The notes under the pieces were generated by a model that was given only the letters and a program-made list of their open reading frames with translations, made no database searches and was not told the DNA's origin. Positions 38,601 through 50,921 of a DNA stretch of 64,000 nt are shown here, piece by piece. Origin of the DNA: Paraspadella gotoi. Taxonomy: Eukaryota > Animalia > Chaetognatha. The translations under genes and the position numbers were made by a program. The stretch is from contig CM119266.1 of NCBI GenBank assembly GCA_051294375.1, positions 19,020,087 through 19,084,086 of the forward strand, read 5' to 3'. Position 1 is the stretch's first letter. Every line of letters begins with the position of its first letter.

Positions 38601-39227
38601 TATTATTGTTATAGTTATTGGAGTTGTTATGGTCGAGTCATTAAACTCATTTTTGATGTGGTTGTGTTTTAGTTTCGGAGGTTGTGGTGGTCTTATTCGT
38701 TATTCTGATTTTAGTGGTTGTTAATGTCGATAAAGCAAACAAAAATATAAGGCAAAAAAAAAAAAACTGGATAAAGAAATGTAAAGCAAAATATATAAGG
38801 AAAATAATATTCTGGAAACTGCAGCTCCAAATTCCTGAGCGCCAGCTCTCGAGAGATGCCTCACACCCCTGGCATCACACCTGTTTCCCCGTTGCCATAA
38901 TATAAACTTTTTTGTGTACTCTCTAAAACTTGATTCTTGTTATAATTTTATATTAAAGACACTCGTTTCTGAGCAATGAATTTTTACTTCGCTTCTCTTT
39001 ATAATTAGTAACTTATTAATACACAACCTTATCCTAATTTCATTTCTCCATCCTAATTGCAGGGTATTGAACAACTGAAAAAAGAAGGCGGATCGTGGGG
39101 AAAAAAATCACGTTGGGCCAACATTAAGTCAGTCTTCGGTTCTCCTTTCTCGGTCAAGTGGTTTTCTCCCTTTCACCCGCCCAACACCCACATGGGCAAG
39201 CTCGAACCTTACTTATACTGCGTATAA
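35626..39227 (+). CDS. ZDHHC3: DHHC palmitoyltransferase, ZDHHC3/7 (GODZ) family. Exons 35626-35871, 36182-36367, 36438-36495, 36585-36748, 36831-36912, 38266-38396, 39063-39227
   Basis: WCVQ|[22 protein letters not shown]|[62 protein letters not shown] and ICTDET|GIEQLK. All phases agree. ZDHHC3 and ZDHHC7 cannot be told apart in an invertebrate. Confidence 0.95.
37825..37890. repeat. Short dispersed repeat motif (also 30627-30685 and, reversed, 47162-47228)
   Basis: All three share the skeleton gtga..agag....gtcg.c.tgc.tctctg....g.ata.ccccca. Confidence 0.55.
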
Positions 39228-40847
39228 TATTTTTTATTATTTCTATTTTACTGATGTTCTATTCCCTGTCCGAATCGGTTTTTAGTTAGATCTGCATATA
39301 TTTTATAGCAGATCCGACTCTATAATTTATTTTGTCGCTCTTTCGGTCTACCTTTAAATCATTTAGATCATCTCTGAATATTAAATTTTGATGAATTTTG
39401 TTTTAAAAAGCTATAAAGTTTAAAAAAGAATTATAAGAATTGTAGTAAATCCTCCATGCAAAAATAATATTATTTTGATTTGATTATATCATGAATTATG
39501 AATCGATCAAAAAAAAATTATTTTTAATATTTTTGTTTATGAGTTCAAGGTTTATTTTTTGATATATATTATTACTAATATATCATGACTTATCGTTTGA
39601 TTAACAGATTAATTATTTAAGTCAGATCCGACATGGTTTTTCTTATAATTTTGTAAACAGTGCTATTAAAGATCATTTTTACCAGAAATACATGTAATTG
39701 AATATTTTTTGGGGGAGTTTTTGTTTAGTTCAATTATTACATAGATCTCCTTAAATTTTTAGCTCTGATAGTGATACAAAACTCCTTTTAAATAGCAGCT
39801 TCAGTTACGGGCTTGTTGTACTCGGAGGCTTAGATTTTGAAGTAGTAGATAATGATCATTGATCACGCAATGCCGATTAAATATTTTGAAAGAGTACAAA
39901 ATTTCGTGAGTATTGCCCAAATTACTATAGAATACTCAATGCGTAAATTATTCAACTGAAAATCAAATTTTATTTCAAATTCAAACAGTACTAGAACAGA
40001 TTCGTGTGAATATCAAAATATTGTTACAATTGTAGTCGGCTCTTTAAAATTCGTTGAATATGACAAGAGCTTATACTAGTCATTAAACATTTCGTGTACA
40101 TCGAATTCATACTTTTTTCCTATATTCAAATTCGAAATATAACTTGAAAAATTCTGAAAAATATTAGAAAAAGTCAAAAAAGAAGTTTTTAAAATATTTT
40201 ACGGTGAGTCAAGAGCTAAGATGAACTAGTTAGTCTAGTGTAGACAGCGAATTTTTTTATTTCTATTGAAGCAATAGATTTCAAGACAATAACTAAATGT
40301 CTTGGTTTCGATTCCATCTGCGATGATATACAGAAGTCTTCATTTCAGAAAATGCTCTCCCAGTTTTTCTGAATTGCATTTATGTCTTAACTAAGTAGAA
40401 AAACCATTTTCATAAATTTAAATTGATTTTTATTCCTTTGAAAATGCTTAGTCCATCATTTTAGATCTATTTTTTGTTATCGGCATGAAAGCTGGCTTGA
40501 ACCTCTTTTGTTAATGTCCTAGAAAAATGGGAAAAAAATTTTTTTCTCACTATAATAGATTTACTTTTGTGAACAAGTAAACATTTCTGCCTTTTCTGCA
40601 ACTGTTCAGGATAAAAAAAAATAGCAAAATTTAAAAAAAAAATTGGCCTATTCTTCCCCACCTGAGGGGCCCATATCTCGGGTCATAGGGCATGAGTTCA
40701 TGAAAAATGTTATTTAAGTCGATCGAGTAGTTTAATCGGAGCCGATTCTCGGTTCGAAATAACGGGAGAGCATTTTTTAATATGAAGCCTTCTGTATTAC
40801 GTTTCTTGATTTCTCGTCCCAACTTTCATTGATTATTTCGTCGGAAG

Positions 40848-43800
40848 ATGTTAAAATCAGCTTCAACTCGGTCGCCGAATTCTCGAGGTCCTCGATCTTC
40901 ATCGGAAAAGTCGCCGCGTCTTCCGAAGACTCGATCATTGCCAACTCGGTCCTCTCACTTGCTCCGGAGTCGCTCCGTTTTTCGCCGCTCGCACAAAGGA
41001 GGCGGACCTTCTCCCGTTCTATCGCCGGAACGACTTCGATCCAGAACGCCGCACGACGTTCGCTCGTCGGTGAAACGACAAAAGGGGAGACGTCACGATT
41101 GGCGAGATTCCATCCGCGGTCCGCCGGCGCCTGGCCAATTCGCCCCGCCGCCAAAGACTCTAGCAGTCTGGCGGAACGTGCGTAAAAGGAATAAGACGCG
41201 GCGCAATACGAAAAACGAAAGTACCAACGCCAACGAGAGAGAGAGCGAGACAAATGAAGCACGGGGAATTGACTCTGAATTCGGTAACGAGTTCGAGATT
41301 CATCCGCAAGCGCCGTTAAACGTTGATTGGGCGGACGAAGACGCCGTTAATGGATTTAGACGGAAAATCCAGCACGCCCACGGGGTCTGGAGAGGTCGGA
41401 AAAATTAAAACTTTGAACGCATATTTCAGGACTAGAAGATTATTAAAACGAGTCAATTCTTGATAATTATGTTACGTACTTAATTCTGGTCGCGCAAGTG
41501 TAATATGAACACCGAACAGACAACTGACCGACAGAAAGACAAGGTCTGACTAAAAAGGTTTTTTTTTCGGAACGGTGATTTCCAACGCAGCCGAAAAATA
41601 TGGTAGCAAATCGTTGTTTCCGAAAGGTAATCGAAATGAATCCGAAAATCAAGAGGGCGGTACGTCGGCGGCGTGTCCCGCCGCCCCCTCTATCGTCGCC
41701 GCCGCTAATGCTCCCTGTCCGCTCTGTACCCGCGGTCTCTGCAACCTGGCGACACCGGGCGATGCCTGTGCAGATCACAGCGTCGGCGATGACGTCTGTT
41801 GCCTCCATCATCTTTGCCTCGAAGATGTTGTCAACTTGAGGAAGAGAGAGAGGGCGAAGAAATCCGACATCAAGAAACGATGCACTTGCAAGTGAGGCAG
41901 GATAATTAAGATGTAGTAAAAAAGAATGAAATAAAAAAATATATAAAAAGGGTTAACAACCAATAATTCGGCAGAGAATGCGTACCAGACCGCACGCCTC
42001 TTCTCGTGGCCGTCCAGAGAGCGCGCGACCGTCTCAAGATTGAGCCAGAGGGAACGTACGAGGGTCCGACCCAGGCCGAGCGAACTTGGCTATGGACGCG
42101 ACTTCCCGACGAGGGTCCCGTGCCGCAGCGTGGGCGGTGCGGTCGACCCGAGAATGTTCCGCCTGATCTCGTGGTCGGAAAGGCCCCTATATACATGGCA
42201 GGACCGAACCCTGGAGAGAGATGGTCGCAGTTTTTTTTTAAATGGTGAATCTGAAAGGAAAGAATGAAGTATTCTCCACCCAACTCTAAATCTGGGTTTC
42301 TTGGCTCCTGATTTGCCAGGTACAACCAAGAGAACGACCAGTGGGGTCAGAACATTGAGATGGTCCAAGACGACGACGAATTCCTATTTCAGCCGAAGCC
42401 ACCGGCGACTCTTTTTCTCGACGTGGACAAAAAGCGATTGCGTCCGGGGGACGAAGAACGGAAAATTATTCATGACGATTTGAAGGTGACTGATAAGATC
42501 GTCAATGTCCAAAGTCAGGGGCAAGATAGCTTATTTATTAAATGAATATCTAATTTGTATTTTGATACTAGTGCGGAGTACAATAAGTATTCCCCGATCT
42601 AATACTTAAGTGGTCTTTTCATACAATTGAAACATTCTTTGAAATATTATTCCACTTCATTTATAGGGAAGCAAGGTACTCTGGGAGTGAATAAACGAGA
42701 CTGAGAGTCTTGATTGAAAACTTGATATGTCATCATCTTGTAAGAGTGATGGAGGCCTTAAACCACCAAAGCCTGTCCAAAGTCAGAGGCAAGGTAGTAT
42801 GGCAACAGCCGGGTTGCCTGGAATGCCCATTGGGATGGGGCATCTCACTGTTGGCTTTTGGGGGCTTCCGACCCTCAGTGACGCCTCCAGTCACTGGCGC
42901 GGTTACCCTAGGACGGTCTCGCTTTGCCAACGCAGAGGGAAGTCGTTAGGACTGTGGATGGAACACTACACTTGGGATGGTGTGTTCCCCTCTGAGCCAA
43001 TGGATTTGGCTGAAGGATGGTGGACGTGAGGCGGTGTGAATATACCGCCACAGAATCCCCGGGCCAAGACATCACTCAGGTTCCTCAAGCCTGAGAGGTG
43101 TCTGACAAGACTGTTACCATAGTGGGAGAGAGAGAGAGAGAGCGCGAGTTGTGGGGGCATAGGCGTTTGTCGTAGCGTACCCCAGGGGAATAGGCGTTTG
43201 TCGTAGCGTACCCGAAGTCGGCAGGGCATAGGCGTTTGTCGTAGCGTACCCTGAGAAGGTTGCGTGTTCGATAGTAGGGCTCACCACTTAAGGCAACAGC
43301 CGGGTTGCCTGTGATGCCCATTGGGATGGGGCATCTCACTGTTGGCTTTGGGGGCTTCCGACCCTCAGTGACGCCTCCAGTCACTGGCGCGGTTACCCTA
43401 GGACGGTCTCGCTTTGCCAACGCAGAGGGAAGTCGTTAGGACTGTGGATGGAACACTACACTTGGGATGGTGTGTTCCCCCTCTGAGCCAATGGATTTGG
43501 CTGAAGGATGGTGGACGTGAGGCGGTGTGAATATACCGCCACAGTAGCTTATTTATTAATGAATGGATAATTTTTATATTGGTTGTACCAATTTCATTAA
43601 CTCTTGTGGACGAACAACTACAATACGGAACCTCGGTCAAACTATTGACCTTACTTTCAACCGCCTGATCTCTCTCTCTCTCTCTTCATGATCAGCTTTG
43701 CGCCTGTAAATACCCATTGTTATAGACTAATCGTTTTAACCACATTAAAGAATAAAGTCATCCTTGATCTGAAAATCTTTGCGTACACACTCTCATAAAG

Positions 43801-46800
43801 TCTCAATATTAAATATTGTCTTCCTCTTTATTTTAATCATTGTTGTCAACCTTTCATCTTTTCATATTACTTTTTCGTTTTCCATGAATACTACTTTAGT
43901 ACTAGTCCGACAAAGAGAATTTGAATAGATTGATTACAATGCTCGCGGGGCAAGGCATGTTCCTTTTTCTTATATCAATCAGGATTCCGGGGAGGTTAAG
44001 GGATCTTTTCCGGTGGACGACAACCCGAGAAGTTTAGAAGCGGAGATACAGCGACAAGGGTGAGTTTAAAGGGGGGGGGGACGTGGGCGGATTGGCATTA
44101 AGGAAGAAATATTTTGGCTTCAGTTGGATCTGCGATTGCTGCTCTGGAAGATGGAGGCAAAACAGAGAGAATCGCGACATCAAGAAAGCGTTGATTGAAT
44201 CTCAGAGAAAAGAGAATAAGGAGGAAGAAGAAGAAGAAGTCGATGTCATAGATGAAGTAGAAGACGATGACAGAGAAGAAATTGAAGAAGAAGATGAGGA
44301 AAACCAAGAACATCGTGAGAATCAACTTGATGAAAAGACAATACCGATCAGTAGCGAGGCGCTTAGTATGGAGCCCGCCCGCGGATTATCCGCTCCGCTG
44401 CAAGCGGTTGGCAGCGGCGGCACGGGACGTCTAACGATCGGAACTTTCGGGACGGCAGTGAGCGAAGGAGAAATCGTGGGTGGCGCCGAGGGTGCCCATG
44501 GCGCCGAACACGACCGATCTACGAGAACTTTCTTTTCTGGGGAAAAAGAGTATCTTTCTCAAGAAGATGTAACCAACGTTAACAAGAAGTTTAGCAAGCC
44601 GGCTTCATCGAAGAACATGTTGCAAGTAAGAAAAATTTGGGGAAGTTTAAATAACTTGAAGGTTGTAACCTATAGAATAATATTATAATAGTTCAGTTAA
44701 TATGGTTGCGTTGTCCACAGGAGAGGCCGCTAATGTCGGGCCCTTCTAACGCCACCTATAAATCGGTTCATTTTGAAAATGTTAACGCCGGTCCTAAACG
44801 ATTGAATGGCAATAACAACAACTGCAACGAGGACGAAGATGACGAAGATGACGACTCAGCGCCAATGAAGATCGAAACTCTTGCGTCAATGATCAGCGTG
44901 GATGAGTTTCTTCGCCTAGATTTTTTGTGGGACTGTGTCTGCGTTTCAAGAAGGAAAATAGAGTCGAATATGGTGGACGCCGTGCACCTCGGGGATGTTG
45001 GGAACGGCGAGTACGACGGTCACCCCGTCGTCGAACGAGCCGAGGCACGTGGATTCGTTGCCGCCGTTCTCGACGTCGTCGGCGAATTCGTCATGAACGC
45101 GGGTATCCGCGAGAATCTTGTGTGTGTTGAGTCGACGCTGCGGTCTCTCTACGGCGCACGGTCTCGCCGCGAGATCGATCCTTTTCACGAGCGCCTACTC
45201 CGCTGCTGCCAGGAGAACATTTTCGACTTCGGTCCGCTGCATCGAACTGCTCTGGCAAAACTGCTGATGCTTTTCGCCGCGTTCTGCCGTCGTGAATCCG
45301 CTGAGGAGGTGAAGGAGGCCTCGACGCAGCCGGCGACTGGGTCGGCCACGCCCCAGTCCGAGCGTCGCACTGCGAAAGAACTTTTTTCCCGCGAAGAGAG
45401 AGAACAGATTCGTGAGTTGTGGGCGCAAATTCGCGACAATGACAATCTCGTGTACAAGATCCTCCGCTCGTGGTTCATAGCGTCCCCATCTCTCCGGCAC
45501 AAAGTCATTTTAACTCGCAAGATCAAGTCCTCCCCCTTTGTCACTCTCCTCGAGGCTCAGGATTTCCGCGATCGGTTCCGGTTCGTCTTTCCGCTCCTCA
45601 ATGTCGTCGTGGAGAAACTCGACTTCCCCGAGGAGCTCGTGGACGCCCTTGCCAACTTCGAGGCGGAGATCCACTCGTGCTTCATCAATCTGTGCCACGA
45701 GGAGCTTCGAGTTTTTACTGACGCCGTCTTTAATTGCCTCCAAAAGCAATTCGATCAAAAGGATTTCCCTGATCACTTTTCTAATTTTGGGAAATTTCTC
45801 GATTTCCTCGAAGAGGCGCTTAATGGGAATTTGAGGGAAATGGAGTTGCGGAAGTGGGAGATGGCCCAGCTGGTGCTGCGGCACGAGGAAGAAAAGAGAG
45901 CACAGCTGCGTCAGCAACAGCGGATGCAGCAACCTTTGCCTGCCAATTTTGTGAAGCGGCCACCGATCGCCAATTCTAACGTTAACGCTTCTTTCGACGA
46001 CAGCAAGAAAAAAGGGGAAGACAATTTGAATCGGAATACGTGCACGGTAGATTGTCCTTTCGATTGCATGAATTCTTGCCCTGCGAGACCCAAGACCGAT
46101 CACTGGGCCGATATAAGCCTGGCTGAAGGATATCAGCCACGCTCACTTTCCAAGGAGAGGACCGATACCTTTGCGGTATTGGAAGAGAGTTCTTAAGTTA
46201 GGAGTGGTTAAAGTGTTTGATAATTAAATATTTTAGTTATTTTTTTATATTTTTTTTCTTTTCGCCTTCGTTTTTTAGAATTATTTGGATCTTGACCTTG
46301 AAGGAGATATGCAAAGCCTCGTTTCCTTCGATCCTAACATGGATAATCACGATAAAGAAAAGCATAGAACAAGTAAGCCGTTTTGATTAAACAAAATATG
46401 TTTATTCTATTTATGCCTAAAAAACTCAAATTTGTTAATTACGTAGGTGGACACTTATCTACCCTCTCTTATTTCTTGCTAACTTTTGAGCTTCGAAAAC
46501 ATTAACAATTGAACATTGAACATTCCTTATCACACTTTTAATTTTTTTCTCCTAGATTTAAATATTTCCGATTATTTCCTTCTTTTTATTTTTTTTTTAT
46601 CCACGATAGTTAATATAGTAGGAGAGCCACCGTACAGATAACAAAGTCAAAGAAAACGATTTCCATGATTTAGTGATTTTTATTTTCACAAACAAAATGC
46701 CATTGTTCGTCACATACTTCAGCGACTCTAAAATCCAAGCGGGGTGAAAAAAAATAAACAAAAGAGCACTTCCTTAAGTTGTAAGAAGTTCAAGCCCCCA

Positions 46801-49759
46801 ATCCAAGATCACACAGCTGCTTGAACTTGAACTTGAACTTGAACTTGAACTTGAACACAGGTGCTTGAACTATTACTTGGAAATGTTTTGGGATCATACC
46901 TATCGAACTTTATTTGCCCCCATAAAAGTTTCTCCTATTCCATCATAGCACTTCAGGAAATTGTAAAAAAACAGCAATTTGGCAGATCTGTTGTCCATTT
47001 ACAGTGGTAAAAATGGATTTTAACGAAGTAGCAGCTCATGTTACATTGATATAGGAATAGGAAATATAGGAAATAATTCGCGCGGCAAAATCAAACTTAA
47101 AAAGCTTCCCGCCGCATCTGATTTTCCGCAAAGCTAGGCAACTGACAGAAAAATCTACCACACCCACTAAGTGTGGGGGCTATTCACACTCACAGAGATG
47201 CATGTCGACGCTCTCTCCTCTCGGTCACATCAAGCTGAACTTTCTCCGCTGCTGTGGGTAGACATTTCGAGTTATCTTTGATATTACTCTACTCATAAAA
47301 GCGAACTAGATTTGTGATCTTTTTGCACAATCAAAAAAGTTGTATTCAAATTTGTTGCAGAACTATTAATTTTGTTTGCATCAGTTGCGGTAAAACTTAT
47401 TGTATAATTCGGTAAAATATACATTACTTAGTGCCACACTGACAATCTATCTAAAGTCTATGGTGGCTCGAGATTCAAGTAATAATTTTTATTTTATTTT
47501 TAAGATTCAGCACCGTCGCCCCGTCGAGCTACTGGAGTATTCTCTGCCGGCGGAGCGAAACTCTTCAAGCCGAACGCAGATCTGAGCAGCGATATCGGTA
47601 TGGTCAGAGTTGAGATGGAGGTGTCGGCCAAGAAGGGCGGCAACGGGAATTACGAAGTCATCGACGTTGAAGTCAATGTGGACGAAGAGTTGGAAGACAT
47701 CGGAAATTTGATCAAAGGTCTTAAATCGGTCTGAAGTAAATGAAGTTTGCTTTTTCAAGTTCGTTCGTTTTGATAATCAGAGGATCTTCGATCATGGAAC
47801 ATTGTTCCAAATCCGTCTTTGCTGCTTTATGCTCGTGGCAATGGAGGTGGCAGGACCGAGGGAGGCGGCGGGAATAGAGGCGGAGATGGCAAAGGAGGTG
47901 GCAGGACCGAGGAAGGCGGCGGGAATAGAGGCGGAGATGGCAATGGAGGTGGCAGGACCGAGGGAGGCGGCGGGAATAGAGGCGGAGATGGCAAAGGAGG
48001 TGGCAGGACCGAGGGAGGCGGCGGGATTAGAGGCGGAGGAGATGGCACAGGAGGTGGCAGGACCGAGGGAGGCGGCGGGATTAGAGGCGGAAGAGATGGC
48101 ACAGGAGGTGGCAGGACCGAGGGAGGCGGCGGGATTAGAGGCGGAAGAGATGGCAAAGGAGAAAGAGAAGGAGATCAAGTCTTCGCCACACCAAAGCTCA
48201 AAGTGACTCCAAACTCAAGTGGCGAGATCAAAATCCCGAAACTCTTCGAAGGACCAGGTGGCGCGCCTCTTCTTCGCGAGGCGATTCGTTCCTCGCTTGA
48301 AGACTTACTTAAGGAGCACGCCGCTGAAATCGTGGGTCACGTTATTGACAATGCATTGAAGGAGGTGTCGAGGGATCGAGAGATAGATCATTCAGGTCGT
48401 GGCGGCGGAGGCCATGGCGGTGGTGTCGGCCACGGTGGAGGTAGTGGCCACGGCGGTGGTGGAGGCCACGGTGGCGACAGAGGCCACGGTAGGGGTGGTG
48501 GCCACGGCGGTGGTAGCGACCGTGACGGGGGTGGCATCCATGGTGGTCACGGTGGAGGTAGTGGCCACGGCGGTGGTGGAGGCCACGGTGGCGACAGTGG
48601 CCACGGCTGGGGTGGTGGCCACGGCGGTGGTAGCGACCATGACGGGGGTGGCATCCATGGCGGTCACGGTGGAGGTAGTGGCCACGGCGGTGGTGGAGGC
48701 CACGGTGGCGGCAGTGGCCATGGCTGGGGTGGTGGCGCCCACGGCGGTGGTGGCATCCATGGCGGTCACGGTGGAGGTAGTGGCCACGGCGGTGGTGGAG
48801 GCCACGGTGGCGACAGAGGCCATGGCTGGGGTGGTGGCCATGGCGGTGGTTACGGCGGTGGCCGCGGACAAGAAAGACCAATGGCACCGTTCGCCTAACT
48901 TACCCCCGACCCCAAGAAGCGAAGGCGTTTTTTCTAACGACGATGCATTCGATGGCGGAAGAATCAAAGGGATTTTGGAGACAGCGATGAAACAGGTCGA
49001 TGCGGAGATTAAGAAGTTCAAAGATTGCGGATGCAATGGAACCGGAAGGATTTTGGCCTCTGAAAACCCTCGAGGCAACGTGACGACCCACTGGACGAAG
49101 GATAACGATGGCGAAGGAGGCGGGGATTTCAAGAGCATCTTGAATGAAAAGACGGCCGAGTTCGTAGCGGAAATGGCGGAATTGAAAAGAATTTTCGCTG
49201 GGGACGAGAAGCTTAATAAGTCTAATAATCGCGGAGTGGAAGAAAAAGAAGGGGAGAAGGATAAGAGGAGGATGAACCAGAAACGAATGACGAAGATATT
49301 GGAAACCTTTTTGGGTAGAACTGACTTGGACGAGGTTGGGAGGGAGGAGGAAAAAATAGAGAGTGGGGAAGACAACCGAGCGAATGAGAGTAGAGAGAAA
49401 AAGAGGAAGGCTCGGAAAAAGCCCCCAACTCCGGCGACGACGAAGAAAACGACAAAGAAGAATGTCAAATGGAAAGATTCCCGGGATAATTCGAAGAAGA
49501 TTCCGAACTTCGATCGGCAAAAGTTGTCAAACACCAACAAAAATTGCGGAGGAAATTGCGGTTTGTTTACGAAACGAAGTTGTTTATTAAGAAAAATTAA
49601 TAAAATTATTATTAAATTGGTACAACCAATATAAAATTATCCATTCATTTATTAAATAAGCTATACTGCCCCTGACTTTGGACAGGAGGTGGTGGTTTAA
49701 GGCCTCCAACACTCTTACAAGATAATGATATAGCACGTCCCTGCAAGCTTTTCTATCTA

Positions 49760-49857
<98 letters not shown>

Positions 49858-50646
49858 AAAAAAAAATAATTATCATTTATTATTAAACGCGAAGTAAATT
49901 TTCAAGCTCGTCACCAGAGCGATTCTTTTTTTCAGGAGGAAAGCTCGGGCAATCCAAAGACTCTAATCAAAACAGAGGATATTCTGACTCGGTTCGTTAA
50001 ATCCTTCAAAGTGCCTTTCTGACATATATAGCGACGCAATTTGAAACCCGCCGCTTAACTTGGCAGGAGTTGTTATACGATTTCCCCTTCGATAACAGAA
50101 AACCAGTGAATTGGAATTTGGGAAGAAAAGTCGATTGGAATTTAGAAACAGAATTTAACGGTTAACTTATTTTTTTAAAACATCAATCCGCTATGTTCTT
50201 TTTTCAAATAAATTTCTGCCTCATTAAAACGAATCAAGGGTGCGATTGTCTTAATGCCGCTCCAGCCGAGTCGGAATTTCAAGGATGCGAATGTCAACCC
50301 GAATGCGACTGCGACAATGCTGCTTTGGGAGCCTGCGAATGCGATACTTGCGACTGTCAGGTTTTTACGAAGATGATCGTTTCTTGGGAAAGGAGCGTCT
50401 AATTTTAAAGCTGATTAAAATTACGAGGTTGTCAACGACGATGGCTTCGACGACGACTGCGGCTGTGACGGGGTTTGCGACTGCGAACACGAGGACGGCG
50501 ACGACGAACCCAGATCCTCCAAGCAGATCATGAAAGAGATCGTCAACGCTTTCTACGCCAACCTCATGGGTGTTGAGGTCGACCCCAACAAGGACTACGG
50601 GTTGGAAGAGTATTTTAAAAATGAGAATCGCCTATTCCTTGGTTAA
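40848..50646 (+). CDS. Large uncharacterised multi-exon protein (~1,900 aa) with a globin-like domain, Gly/His repeats and Cys clusters. Exons 40848-41394, 41627-41891, 41975-42223, 42320-42485, 43983-44059, 44124-44625, 44721-46175, 46279-46372, 47505-47717, 47781-49560 (one frame break), 49936-49991, 50067-50160, 50239-50360, 50428-50646
   Basis: GC-rich blocks are joined by GT-AG introns whose phases all match. One frame switch near 48400-48900 is unresolved, so the locus could be more than one gene. Confidence 0.6.
42798..43543 (-). mobile_element. TRIM-like non-autonomous LTR retroelement (two ~255-bp direct repeats, 236-bp interior, GTAG target duplication)
   Basis: Repeats 42798-43052 and 43289-43543 differ at about 5 positions. 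GTAG lies at 42794-42797 and 43544-43547. The element splits a copy of the 18204-18440 repeat. On the minus strand the LTR starts TGTGGC, and a PBS-like TGGTGAGCCC begins 2 nt after the 5' repeat. Confidence 0.75.
47837..48160 (+). repeat. Coding minisatellite, 51-54-nt unit x6 (GNGGGRTEGGGGNRGGD)
   Basis: Tandem ggaggtggcaggaccgagggaggcggcgggaatagaggcggagatggc units. Confidence 0.9.
48396..48865 (+). repeat. Coding Gly/His repeat (GHGGG)n with higher-order units
   Basis: Iterations of ggccacggcggtggt, open in several frames. Confidence 0.9.
49762..49855. repeat. (CT/GA)n microsatellite. Similar tracts at 53170-53215, 57222-57281, 58758-58860, 59045-59137, 59993-60123; (TTTC)n at 60728-60827
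   Basis: Directly visible. These tracts produce the spurious SLSL/RERE ORFs. Confidence 0.98.
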
Positions 50647-50921
50647 CCCGGCGTGGAAATGCTTGGGGATTTACAGATACAATCAGACACTTTACAATTT
50701 CAACCTTAAATTTTTAGAAAAATTTAGAAAAAAAATTATAGAATTTTGTAAATATTCCTTAATGCATCCTAATATGTCATGTACTATTTGCGATTATATT
50801 CACTTCATGCACAAATCATTTATATTTTGACATTATTAAAACCAATATGTAAATTTTGTTGAATTATATAAATTACAAGGATTATGTGAGCAGTCGCCAT
50901 AAACAATAGAAAAGCAAAGTT

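Noticed and set aside
40777-41811. Minus-strand ORFs of 161 and 114 aa
   Set aside because: They are antisense to plus-strand exons that form a phase-consistent spliced chain, and have no recognisable domain. A minus-strand gene is not strictly excluded.
42875-42915. HDV-like ribozyme suggested by GCC-TCCAGTCACT-GGC (P3/L3-like; also at ~6306)
   Set aside because: I found no P1 or P2 partner strands, and the segment is better explained by the AGTGAC/GTCACT hairpin.
42710-43640. Several short ORFs on both strands
   Set aside because: They lie in the TRIM and its host repeat, with no gag/pol similarity visible.
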